From assembly GCA_965214705.1 (NCBI GenBank), contig CBDCCI010000001.1, positions 630,013 to 694,012 on the forward strand: a DNA stretch of 64,000 nucleotides, in the 5' to 3' direction. The stretch comes from Alphaproteobacteria bacterium. Its GTDB lineage: Bacteria > Pseudomonadota > Alphaproteobacteria > UBA828. The first letter of the stretch is position 1. Each line of letters starts with the position of its first letter. Below the pieces are notes generated by a model, which saw only the letters and a list, made by a program, of their open reading frames with translations, searched no databases and was not told the origin of the DNA. A program made the translations under genes and the position numbers. Of the stretch, positions 8,316 through 16,848 are shown in pieces.

Positions 8316-8589
8316 CCGGCAGACGCGAAAGCAGCGCCTCGTTGCACCGGTTCAGAAGCGCCACGCGCTCGTACAGCTGCCGCTGCTCATCCTCGGACAG
8401 GACCAGGCGAGGATCCTCCTCACCGTCATCGGCGTCCGCGCCATGAAGTGCGCAGGCGACCATGAAGCGCGAGAAACTCATCCCGGCTTCCCTGGCCCGC
8501 CGTCCGATCGATGCGCGGTTCTCCGGCGAGCAATACATGCTGCGCGCACGCGCAATCTCCCGCTGCCCGCCTCCCTCGATGGCCGTCAT
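8316..8589 (-). CDS. ribbon-helix-helix (CopG/MobC-like) protein, copy d; 3' end uncertain
   Basis: The ATG at 8589 follows GAGGAGG. The RHH core is MYCSPENRASIGRRAREAGMSFSRFMVACAL. The ORF continues in frame to 7930 through the helicase relic, so its native C-terminus is unknown. Confidence 0.5.
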
Positions 8590-8750
8590 CCCAGCGCCTC
8601 CTCGGCATCGACCCGTGAACCGGCACGGCGCACCAGCACCTGCCAGGTGTCCGCCCCGGCGGAACCCTCGACGCGCTCTTTCTCGACCTCGTAGAGCACC
8701 CGCACGGCCCGCTCGATGTGCGCCACCGCGCCCGCAAGCTCGCGCGTCAA
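8586..8750 (-). CDS. small ORF (54 aa) coupled to RHH gene d
   Basis: Candidate TTG start at 8750. The product is TRELAGAVAHIERAVRVLYEVEKERVEGSAGADTWQVLVRRAGSRVDAEEALG*. Its stop overlaps the ATG of RHH-d (ATGA). It is too short to appear in the ORF track. Confidence 0.3.
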   Translation of the reverse strand: MTRELAGAVAHIERAVRVLYEVEKERVEGSAGADTWQVLVRRAGSRVDAEEALG

Positions 8751-8755
8751 GACTC

Positions 8756-9050
8756 ACTCTCTTGTGGACGACCGCGTGCACCTCGCCGAGGCCGACGGCG
8801 CACATGGTACCCGCATCACATCAACCGGTGCTGGCGGGAATCCGTCTTTCCGTCGCGGACCTGTGGCGCGACTGCTTTCTTCTGCCGGCGCGTTCCGGCT
8901 TCACGTCATCATTCTCCTCGTGTGGACGGCCTCGTTCACCTCTTCCATGCCGGTGGCGTACATGGCGCCCGCCTCACAACAGCCGATCCTGGCGGGGATC
9001 CGTTTCCCCGTCACGGGCCTGTGGCGCGATTATTTGCTTCGCGGCAGGCG
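8756..9050. repeat. two imperfect tandem units of about 140 bp
   Basis: Unit 1 (8756-8892) and unit 2 (8911-9050) align over their whole length at roughly 75% identity, for example ...CATGGTACCCGCATCACATCAACCGGTGCTGGCGGGAATCCG... against ...CATGGCGCCCGCCTCACAACAGCCGATCCTGGCGGGGATCCG... Confidence 0.7.
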
Positions 9051-9471
9051 GCACGACCGAGGCGGTAACGATACCGGCCCGCTCCTCACCCAGCACCGTG
9101 GCGAGCGCAGCATGCAATTCTGCCGAGCGGCCTGGCCCGGCCATCGCGGACGCCCAGGCTGCGAACATCACCGCGATCCGTTCCTGAATGTCGCGCACCA
9201 GGGGAACCGCATCCTCCCCCTCCAGCACCAGCGCGCGAACCTCCCGAAGCGCCTCCAGCTGCTCCCGCTGCTCTTCCTGCGCGAGCGCCAGCGCGAGACC
9301 CGCGTCCTCTTCCCAACTGTCCCGTTCCACCAGCTCCAACAGGTGGCGCGCAATCGACAGGCCGCGCCGCTCCGCGTTGCTGCGAACGATCTCCCAATCC
9401 GCGTCCGTCGCCGAGATCGAGATGTGCCTGCTCGGCCTGCGCGCCTTCCGCCGCCGCCGCACCCGTCTCAC
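8974..9471 (-). CDS. ribbon-helix-helix protein, copy c
   Basis: RHH core SRHISISATDADWEIVRSNAERRGLSIARHLLELV. The start is taken at GTG 9471, preceded by GGGAG. The track ORF begins at 9663, so the start is uncertain. Confidence 0.5.
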   Translation of the reverse strand: MRRVRRRRKARRPSRHISISATDADWEIVRSNAERRGLSIARHLLELVERDSWEEDAGLALALAQEEQREQLEALREVRALVLEGEDAVPLVRDIQERIAVMFAAWASAMAGPGRSAELHAALATVLGEERAGIVTASVVPPAAKQIIAPQARDGETDPRQDRLL

Positions 9472-9610
9472 GGCGCCCGCTCCCGCGCAAGGACGGAGAT
9501 CGCGCTCACCAGGCTGAGCCCGCTGCCCCCCGGAAGCTCGCGCCGCAAAGCCCGCACGAATGCCTGCAACTCTCGCACCCCGTCCCGCTGCTCCACCTGT
9601 TCTGCTTCCG

Positions 9611-9778
9611 TCAGCACCAGGGATGGCGGTCCGGATCGTCGGCGAGTGCAAGCTCCAGTACATAGCGCGACACGGTCTTCTCCGCCGCCGCCGCGCGCTC
9701 CCGGATCATCGCCTGCTCCGCCGGCTTGCAGTGCAGGCTCCGCTGACGCCTGACGGGCCGCACCGCCTCCTCCGTCAC
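9611..9778 (-). CDS. ribbon-helix-helix protein, copy b (55 aa)
   Basis: The GTG at 9778 overlaps the TGA of the upstream gene (GTGA). RHH core RSLHCKPAEQAMIRERAAAAEKTVSRYVLELAL. Confidence 0.5.
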   Translation of the reverse strand: MTEEAVRPVRRQRSLHCKPAEQAMIRERAAAAEKTVSRYVLELALADDPDRHPWC

Positions 9779-10188
9779 GACCCGTCCTCCCCGGCCGGCC
9801 CCGCCGCCTTCCAGCGGTTCGCCGCGCCGGGATCGGTCAGCCGGTCGAGCATGCCCTCCCGCTCGATCCATTCGTCCACCGCGTCGCAGGCGTCCTCCCA
9901 GGCCTCGCCGGCGCCCGCCCCGCCCAGCCGCCTCTCCTCCAGCCTCGACATTACCAGCATCTCGCGCACCGCCCGGCGCAGGACCTCCGGCGGCAGAGGA
10001 TCACGATCCAAGGCGCGATGGATCACAAAGCGCGACAGGTCCATGCCGCTCGCCGCCGCCGCCCGGCCGACCCGCTCCCACTCCGCATCGGTCGCCATCA
10101 CCGCGCGCTGGCGGCGTCCGCCGGCGTCCTCCCTCATCGCGGCCATCCGTCCGGCAAGGCCTGTGGAGACTGCGACACGCAGCCGCAT
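9775..10188 (-). CDS. ribbon-helix-helix protein, copy a
   Basis: RHH core RRQRAVMATDAEWERVGRAAAASGMDLSRFVIHRAL. It is the first gene downstream of a low-GC intergenic region (10190-10490). Confidence 0.6.
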   Translation of the reverse strand: MRLRVAVSTGLAGRMAAMREDAGGRRQRAVMATDAEWERVGRAAAASGMDLSRFVIHRALDRDPLPPEVLRRAVREMLVMSRLEERRLGGAGAGEAWEDACDAVDEWIEREGMLDRLTDPGAANRWKAAGPAGEDGS

Positions 10189-10494
10189 GACGACGTAGAA
10201 TGTCTCACGATATTCCTATGGTATTCATCGCAGCCACGATCTTATGTCCCTATTGTGTCCTTACATAGCGAGCCACATTGGATGCCAGAACCATACCAGC
10301 GCTCCACGGAAAACTCCCCAACCTGTTTCCCTGAATGCAACTACCCAGTGACACAAGATCAGCCAATGTGTTCTCCAGGCCCGGCCCAACCGTTCTTGAC
10401 ATCAACCATAACCCACTGTATCATAACCAACATACAGGAGGAAACTGCAACCCTACGTCACGGTGCGCTCGCCAGATATTCGCTAGTGTAAGTG

Positions 10495-11140
10495 CACACC
10501 ACCGGAAAGGCCGGGTCGAAGGGACGGCGATAAACATCGAGCACCTTCTCCATCGCGGCCGCGAAATCCGCGTTGCGTTGCGGTGGGATCACCCACCCGA
10601 CCCGCTTCCACGGCTTGATCTCGTTTTTTTTAGAACACGGCGCACGGTCTCGTGCGACACGCTGTCGATGTGGCCGAGCTCCACCGCCCGGTCGGCCAGC
10701 AGCCGCAACGACCACTGCGCGTGGCCCTCCGGCGGCTCGGCGCAACTCAAGGCCACCAGGCGCGCCTCGAACTCGCCGTCCGCCTTGCGGACATACGATG
10801 GCCGGCGTCCTTGTCGGCCGCCGAGGGCCGCCTCCAGCCCTTCCTCCACGAAGCGCTTCTTGACCCGGTCCACCTTGCGCACGCTGATGCGTAAGATCTC
10901 GGCTATGGCCTCCCCGTGCGCTCGGCGCTCGTTGAACTCGCCCTCGTCGCAGTTGAGCAGGATCAAGGCGTTGAGCACCTTCTGCGACCGGTGGGACCCC
11001 TTGCGCGTGATTCCCGCAAGCTCTTCCCGCTCCCGCTGCTGCAACGTCACCACGTATCGCTTCATGCCGGCGCCCTCGTCGTTCTCGCACGACGAGAAAG
11101 CTACCACATTCTATGCGACATACCATGTGTGACATGACAC
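10495..11140 (-). mobile_element. IS630-family element fragment (transposase truncated at its 3' side)
   Basis: The ORF-A product is MKRYVVTLQQREREELAGITRKGSHRSQKVLNALILLNCDEGEF...SVSHETVRRVLKK. An A8 slippery run (10624-10631 on the + strand) leads to NEIKPWKRVGWVIPPQRNADFAAAMEKVLDVYRRPFDPAFPVVC in the second frame. Homology stops near 10497. The element abuts a TA at 11141-11142. Confidence 0.8.
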
Positions 11141-11142
11141 TA

Positions 11143-11195
11143 GTTGTCTGGGAGTACGGGATGATCACGCTGACCGGCAATGTGGGCGTAAACAT
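11143..11195 (-). pseudogene. family-2 glycosyltransferase, 5' stub cut by IS630
   Basis: MFTPTLPVSVIIPYSQT shows the GT2 N-terminal P-x-VSVIIP-x-Y signature. It ends at the IS630 boundary. Confidence 0.35.
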
Positions 11196-11350
11196 CTCGG
11201 GCGGCGGCACGTCCACCTGCCGCCAGCCGTTGTAGCGGCCGGACGCCGGTCTAGGGATCATCTCCTGTCTTGAACACCGAGGTCGTGGCGAGAAGTCCCG
11301 CGTGCGCAGGCCTCCGGCCCGCACGCCGGCGGGAGGCCCGCGCTCCGGCA

Positions 11351-13093
11351 TCACCGCGCCTGCGAACCGGCGTTGACGGTTCGTCGCATGGCGACCGGCT
11401 CGTCCGCCGCCTGGAGTGTAGCCGTACCGTCTTCCAGCCGATAGACGAACTCCGCCGCGCGCTGCATTGCCGGCTGGTGAGAGGTCGACAATACCGTGAC
11501 CTCGCCGGCCAACTGCCGGACGGTCGCCACGATTCCCGCCTCCGTCTCCGGATCAAGCGCGGCCGTGGCCTCGTCCAGGATCAAAAGTGCCGGATTGCGG
11601 ACCAGCGCCCGGGCGATGGCGATGCGCTGTTTCTGGCCGCCGGAAAGCCGCGCGCCCCGCTCGCCGACCACCGTGTCCATGCCCTCCGGCAATGCGGCGA
11701 CAAACGCCCATGCCTCGGCGCGACGCAGCGCCGTTTCCACCTCGGCGCGGGAAGTGCCGGGATCGCCGAGCGCGACGTTGGCCATGACCGTGTCGTGGAT
11801 GAGGAACGCATCCTGCAACACGTATCCGATCATGCCGCGCCACGCAGTTGCGTCGATGTCGCGCATCGGCAGGTCGTCGATCCACACCTCGCCGCGCTGG
11901 GGCCGCAGCAACCCGATGATCAAGTCGGCGACTGTCGTCTTGCCGGCGCCCGAGGGCCCGACCACGGCGACGAACGACCCGGCGGGCAGCATCATCGAGA
12001 CGCCGTCGAGAACGTTCCCGCGACCGTAGGAAAAGCATACCTTCCGGAGCGAGATAGCCGAGACGAGCCGGGGCACCTCGCCGCCCGGATCGGGCTCTCG
12101 CGCCCCTTCGGCGGCGGTGAGCACGGACCGCACGAAGGCGAACGCGGGTTGGTTGGCCGCGACGATCTGATATTGGCTCTGCATCTGGCCCACTTTCTGG
12201 AAGGTGCGCACGAAGAGCAGCGCGAGGACCAGCAGGTCGTCGATCGGCTGGCCCCCTATCGTCACAAAAACATACAACCCACCCACCACCGCGAAGGCCC
12301 GAATGATTTCGTACGACTCGGCGAGCGCTTCCCGACTGACGATTATCGTCCGCAGGGCGCGGTTGAGCGCTCGGATATCCCCGTCGATCAAGGGCTTCAT
12401 GCTGCCCTCCAGGGCCATGGCCTTCAAAGGCTTGATGCCGTCCAGCATCTGCAGCAGCCGCGTCATGAAGGACTTCTGAAGCTTGGTCTGGTTCTGCCCA
12501 GCGCGGCGACTGATGGCAACGAGCCGGCTCGACACGACCATGCCGCATGCGCCGACGACGAGCGCGGCCACCAGGATTTCCCAGGATATGGCGACGGACA
12601 GCCCGAGATAGATCAGAAGTTGAATACCCCCGGACAGAACCTGGCAGGAAGCCACATAGGCGTTGGAGGCGCGTATCGGCTCGACGGCGACGGCGCTCGC
12701 CAGATCGCCGGCCCGCTGATCTGCGAAATGCGTCGAGCGCGCCCACAGAAGCGCGCGAACGACCGCGAGCCGCAGATTCGTCGCGGTATGGGCCGCAGAG
12801 TATCCGACCTGCGTCATGGCCGCCAGCACCAGCAGCGATTTCAGGGTGACCGCCCCGACGATCAGCACCAACAGCCCGCCGAGGGAAAGCTCCAGCCCGA
12901 GCAGGGTAAAGACCCGCTCGACGTAGAGCGCCGCTGCGCCTCCGCCATCGATCACCAGGCCGAGGAACGGCAGCAATGCCGCGATGCCTACCCCCTCCGC
13001 CAAGGCGGCCGCCGTGAGCGACGACAGCATCAGCGCGCTGCGCCCCGGATAGGCCGCAAGGAAGTATTTGAACAGTCCGATGGCCTGTCTCAC
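11351..13093 (-). CDS. ABC exporter, fused permease/ATPase (MsbA-like)
   Basis: 580 aa with a GTG start. The N-terminal half is a six-helix-like hydrophobic region. It has Walker A GPSGAGKTT, the signature LSGGQKQRIAIARAL and Walker B ILDEAT. Confidence 0.9.
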   Translation of the reverse strand: MRQAIGLFKYFLAAYPGRSALMLSSLTAAALAEGVGIAALLPFLGLVIDGGGAAALYVERVFTLLGLELSLGGLLVLIVGAVTLKSLLVLAAMTQVGYSAAHTATNLRLAVVRALLWARSTHFADQRAGDLASAVAVEPIRASNAYVASCQVLSGGIQLLIYLGLSVAISWEILVAALVVGACGMVVSSRLVAISRRAGQNQTKLQKSFMTRLLQMLDGIKPLKAMALEGSMKPLIDGDIRALNRALRTIIVSREALAESYEIIRAFAVVGGLYVFVTIGGQPIDDLLVLALLFVRTFQKVGQMQSQYQIVAANQPAFAFVRSVLTAAEGAREPDPGGEVPRLVSAISLRKVCFSYGRGNVLDGVSMMLPAGSFVAVVGPSGAGKTTVADLIIGLLRPQRGEVWIDDLPMRDIDATAWRGMIGYVLQDAFLIHDTVMANVALGDPGTSRAEVETALRRAEAWAFVAALPEGMDTVVGERGARLSGGQKQRIAIARALVRNPALLILDEATAALDPETEAGIVATVRQLAGEVTVLSTSHQPAMQRAAEFVYRLEDGTATLQAADEPVAMRRTVNAGSQAR

Positions 13094-13148
13094 ATTGTCC
13101 CCAGAACCGAGTTCACGAAAATTGCTCCTGCTTATACACGCAATTCCT

Positions 13149-13285
13149 GTTGTGAAGCCGCTCCGCAGAGTAAGCGGCGTAGAACTCGTTCATTTCAGAG
13201 ACGTCGCGGGTGCTGATGTCCTGTGCGTTCGTTCCAGATTGCGTCGGATGGCGCACCGCCCGCCAGGTAGCAGATCCGGCCTGGT
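13149..13285 (+). mobile_element. solo, diverged left-end remnant of a related IS91-family element
   Basis: About 135 bp align with the first 135 bp of the IS at roughly 75% identity. The hairpin stem is conserved (GCCGCT...AGCGGC, 13157-13178). No recombinase or transposase gene follows. Confidence 0.65.
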
Positions 13286-13875
13286 GATGACCGCTCGAGG
13301 AACGTGGTCCCGACCGCCCGTTACCGGCCGCCCACATTCGCGGCCCCCGTTCTCTGAAGCGTCTCGACCGCGCCGCGCAGATATCCGGGCAGGAAAAACG
13401 CATGGGCGTCGCAACGCACGATCACACACCCCGTCGCGACCCGCAGCGCTGTGAGGATGCCGGAGAGGTGAAGATGGTCGGGGTTGGGAATCAATCGCAC
13501 CGACGGGTACAGCCTCGAACTATCTCGGCGGTTGCAGGAGTGGCGGAACCGTCGGCGACAATCACCTCTACCGGGCCCGCGTAATCCTGGGAAAGGCTTA
13601 TCCCCTTACATCCGGCTTCTCCATATGTGGGGTGCCGGATCGCTGGGCACTTTACGGGCAACCCATTGAGACACGGAAGGAACTGCGACCGTGTCGGATA
13701 CCGCCGCCGAGGTGGCCGGTACAACATGTTGGGGAACCGGAGCCAGAGGGATAAGCCTTTCCTGGGATATCACCGAATCGAGACACTCCGCGATGGTCGC
13801 TTCAGCGTTGCGGGCCGGTATGATAACCGACACTGTGGGAAGGCGATTGGCGACGGCTGCGACTGGCTGCTTCAT
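13286..13875 (-). pseudogene. family-2 glycosyltransferase, frameshifted and 3' truncated
   Basis: MKQPVAAVANRLPTVSVIIPARNAEATIAECLDSVISQ, then QDYAGPVEVIVADGSATPATAEIV and RLIPNPDHLHLSGILTALRVATGCVIVRCDAHAFFLPGYL fall in different frames. An in-frame TAA follows GAANVGGR. Confidence 0.7.
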
Positions 13876-14178
13876 GGGATGATTTTGCACATGCCCTCTC
13901 GACTTGTCGCGCCTCCCCGCTTCATGTAGGGCGCGTACCAAAATGTCTTGAACGAAGCCGCTACGCGGAGTTAGCGGCGTAGAGTTCATTCATTTCCGAG
14001 GCGTCGCGGGTGCCGTTTGTTCTGTGCGTTCGCTTCCCGGTTGCGTCAGTGGCGCTCCGCCCGTCGGGTGGCGGATCCCCAGCAGCCTCCCGATCACCAG
14101 TGGTTAGTATCGACCCCTGCGACGGACCGTCGCCGGATCGGTCCGGCGGCGCGCCGTCGCGATCCAGGGAGATCGATA

Positions 14179-15057
14179 ATGACCGGGACCGCGTGCGACA
14201 CGAACACCGTCACCCCTCTTCGCCAGCGCATGGAGGAGCAGCTCCGCATCGCCAATCTGGCCGCGAGCACGTCCAAGGCCTACATCTGCGAGATCAAGAA
14301 CCTGGCCAGGTACTACGACGCCTCGCCGGACGAGCTCGACGCCGAGCAGGTGCGCCAGTGGTACCTGGGGCGGATCGACAAGGGGCTCAGTCCGGGCACG
14401 ACCAACGTCTCCTTCGCCGCGCTGAACTTCCTCTACATCGACACACTCGGCTGGCCTGACCATGTCGCCGGCCTGCGCTCCCGCAAGAAGCCCGGCAAGC
14501 TGCCGCGCTACATGTCGGAGCAGGAGGTCGAGCACCTCATCCTTGCGACACCCGACCTCCGCCACCGTGCTGCCATTGTCACCGGCTATGGCGGCGGGCT
14601 CCGCATCTCCGAGACCTTGGCCATCAAGGTCGGCGACATCCTGTCGGAGAAGAAGCTGCTGCACATCCCCTCCGGCAAAGGCGGCACCGAGAGAATGGCA
14701 CCGTTGCCGGACATCGTCATCCACTACTTGCGCGTCTACTACAGGAACATCTGGCCGCGTCCGACGAACTGGCTCTTCTACGGCGTCTCGCTCGACAGGC
14801 CCATCGCAACGGAGACCTTGCAGGCCGCCTTCAGGAGGGCGCGCGACATTGCCGAGCTCGACCGCAGCTACACCTTCCATTGCCTGCGCCATTCGGCGGC
14901 GACCCATCTCCTCGAGCGCGGCGGCGATATCGAGGTGATCCGGGACATGCTCGGCCATCGAAGCGCGAACACGACCCGTCACTACGCCCGCGTCACCGGC
15001 AAGATGTTCGAGGGCCTCGACCACCCGATCTCAGGCTTCGCAGCGTTGCGCAACTGA
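14179..15057 (+). CDS. tyrosine recombinase of IS copy 2
   Basis: Same ORF as 5120-5998, with one substitution (S to N in TSWLF/TNWLF). Confidence 0.85.
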   Translation: MTGTACDTNTVTPLRQRMEEQLRIANLAASTSKAYICEIKNLARYYDASPDELDAEQVRQWYLGRIDKGLSPGTTNVSFAALNFLYIDTLGWPDHVAGLRSRKKPGKLPRYMSEQEVEHLILATPDLRHRAAIVTGYGGGLRISETLAIKVGDILSEKKLLHIPSGKGGTERMAPLPDIVIHYLRVYYRNIWPRPTNWLFYGVSLDRPIATETLQAAFRRARDIAELDRSYTFHCLRHSAATHLLERGGDIEVIRDMLGHRSANTTRHYARVTGKMFEGLDHPISGFAALRN

Positions 15058-15063
15058 CGGCGC

Positions 15064-16305
15064 GTGGAGGCCGAACGCGCGGGCGTGGCGGAGATCTTCC
15101 GCCGCGCCGGCGCCGCTTTCCGTGAGCGCCACAAAGGGCGCATCGACGCCGCCCGGCTCAAGGTCATGGGCGCCATCGAGGCGTGCCGCACCGCCGTGCT
15201 CGGCGGCCACATGTACGCCTGCGAGGGCTGCGGGCGCGAGCATCCGCTCTTCAACTCCTGCCGCAACCGCCACTGCCCCACCTGCCAGGGTCTCGCCGCC
15301 AACCTCTGGAGCGAGGAGCGCGCCGGGGACATCCTGCCGGTGCCCTACTTCCATGTGGTCTTCACCCTGCCCAAGGAGGTTGCCGCCATTGCCTTCTGCA
15401 ACCGCAGGGTGGTGTTCGACATCCTCTTCCGGGCCGTCGCCGAGACCCTGCGCACCATCGCCGCCGATCCCCGCCACGGCGGCATGCGCATCGGCGGCAC
15501 CGCGGTCCTCCATACCTGGGATCAGAAGCTCCGCTTCCACCCGCACCTGCACGTGGTCGTGCCCAACGCGGGCTTCGACGTAGACAGTGGCGAGTGGAAG
15601 ACGGGGAGCACCACCTTCCTCGCCCCCGTCAAGGTCCTCGGCAGCCTGTTCCGCCGCCTCTTCCTCGAGGAGCTCGCCCGCGCCCACGGCCGGGGGGACC
15701 TGGAGTTCCACGGCACCCTCGCCCACCTCGCCAATCCCGGCGAGTTCCACGCCACGCTTGCCGCCGCCCGGGCCAGGGACTGGGTGGTCTACGCCAAGCG
15801 GCCCTTCCGCGGGCCTGAGCAGGTCTTCCGGTACCTCTCGCACTACACGCACAGGATCGCCATCTCCGACAGCCGCATCGTCTCCTTCGACGGCGAGACG
15901 GTCTCCTTCCGCCACCGAAAGCCCAAGGCGCCGGGGCAGAGAAAGCCGCGCTACGGCATCGCCACCGTGAGCGCCGACGAGTTCATCCGCCGCTTCCTGA
16001 GGCACGTCCTGCCGGACGGCATGCACCGCATTCGCTACTTCGGCATCCTCGCCAACGGCTGCCGCGCCAGCACGCTGGAGAGAGCACGCCAGGCTCTCGG
16101 CGCCCTCGGCTGCGCCGCCCCCGAGGGAAGCGTGGACGGCGCTCGGGCCGAGCCCGACGAAGAGCCCGAGATCGGCACCGCGCCCGTGGCCTGCCCCCAC
16201 TGCGGCGGCGTCATGCGCCTCGTCCGCGAAATCCGCCGCCGCCATGAGCCCCGCTCGACGCGCGGCCCGCCGGCGCTGCCGCCGACCCACAGGGGGAAAC
16301 CGTGA
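15064..16305 (+). CDS. IS91-family transposase of IS copy 2
   Basis: Same ORF as 6005-7246, with two substitutions (K to E and Q to R). Confidence 0.9.
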   Translation: MEAERAGVAEIFRRAGAAFRERHKGRIDAARLKVMGAIEACRTAVLGGHMYACEGCGREHPLFNSCRNRHCPTCQGLAANLWSEERAGDILPVPYFHVVFTLPKEVAAIAFCNRRVVFDILFRAVAETLRTIAADPRHGGMRIGGTAVLHTWDQKLRFHPHLHVVVPNAGFDVDSGEWKTGSTTFLAPVKVLGSLFRRLFLEELARAHGRGDLEFHGTLAHLANPGEFHATLAAARARDWVVYAKRPFRGPEQVFRYLSHYTHRIAISDSRIVSFDGETVSFRHRKPKAPGQRKPRYGIATVSADEFIRRFLRHVLPDGMHRIRYFGILANGCRASTLERARQALGALGCAAPEGSVDGARAEPDEEPEIGTAPVACPHCGGVMRLVREIRRRHEPRSTRGPPALPPTHRGKP

Positions 16306-16553
16306 GACGCCCGCTCGCTTCGGCCCCGCGCAACGGCGCCAAAGCGCCGACGCACGACCGAACCTGTCTCCGCTTGAGCCGGGCTGACAGCCCTCGGCTC
16401 ACACCCCGCTCAGTCCTCGCAGCGTGCGCCCGCATGCCTGCCGAAAGACCGGCGCGAGCGTCGATTTTATGCGCAACTCTGCTGCCGGTGGATGCCGCCT
16501 GACGCTGACATCAGCGCACTTTCCACATAGCTCAACTTCGCCTCTCGTGGCCC

Positions 16554-16631
16554 GCGGCTTCGTTCAAGGTTAAGGGTTGGGCAGGCTCTCTCTCGAGAGC
16601 CTGCCCAACCCTTAACCTTGAACGAAGCCGC
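16554..16631. repeat. 78-bp perfect palindrome at the copy 2/copy 3 junction
   Basis: The 37-bp arm GCGGCTTCGTTCAAGGTTAAGGGTTGGGCAGGCTCTC is followed by the loop TCTC and then the exact reverse complement of the arm. It consists of the right inverted repeat, the hairpin and the left inverted repeat of the next copy. Confidence 0.9.
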
Positions 16632-16848
16632 TACGCGGAGTTAGCGGCGTAGAGTTCATTCATTTCCGAGGCGTCGCGGGTGCCGTTTGTTCTGTGCGTT
16701 CGCTTCCCGGTTGCGTCAGTGGCGCTCCGCCCGTCGGGTGGCGGATCCCCAGCAGCCTCCCGATCACCAGTGGTTAGCATCGACCCCTGCGACGGACCGT
16801 CGCCGGATCGGTCCGGCGGCGCGCCGTCGCGATCCAGGGAGATCGATA

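Larger units (their letters stand above)
13948..16617 (+). mobile_element. IS91-family element with tyrosine recombinase, copy 2 (2,670 bp; upstream member of a tandem)
   Basis: It has the same ends as copy 1. Its right-end hairpin carries a 4-bp GGTT insertion and an inverted loop. It differs from copy 1 at four or more SNPs. Confidence 0.9.
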
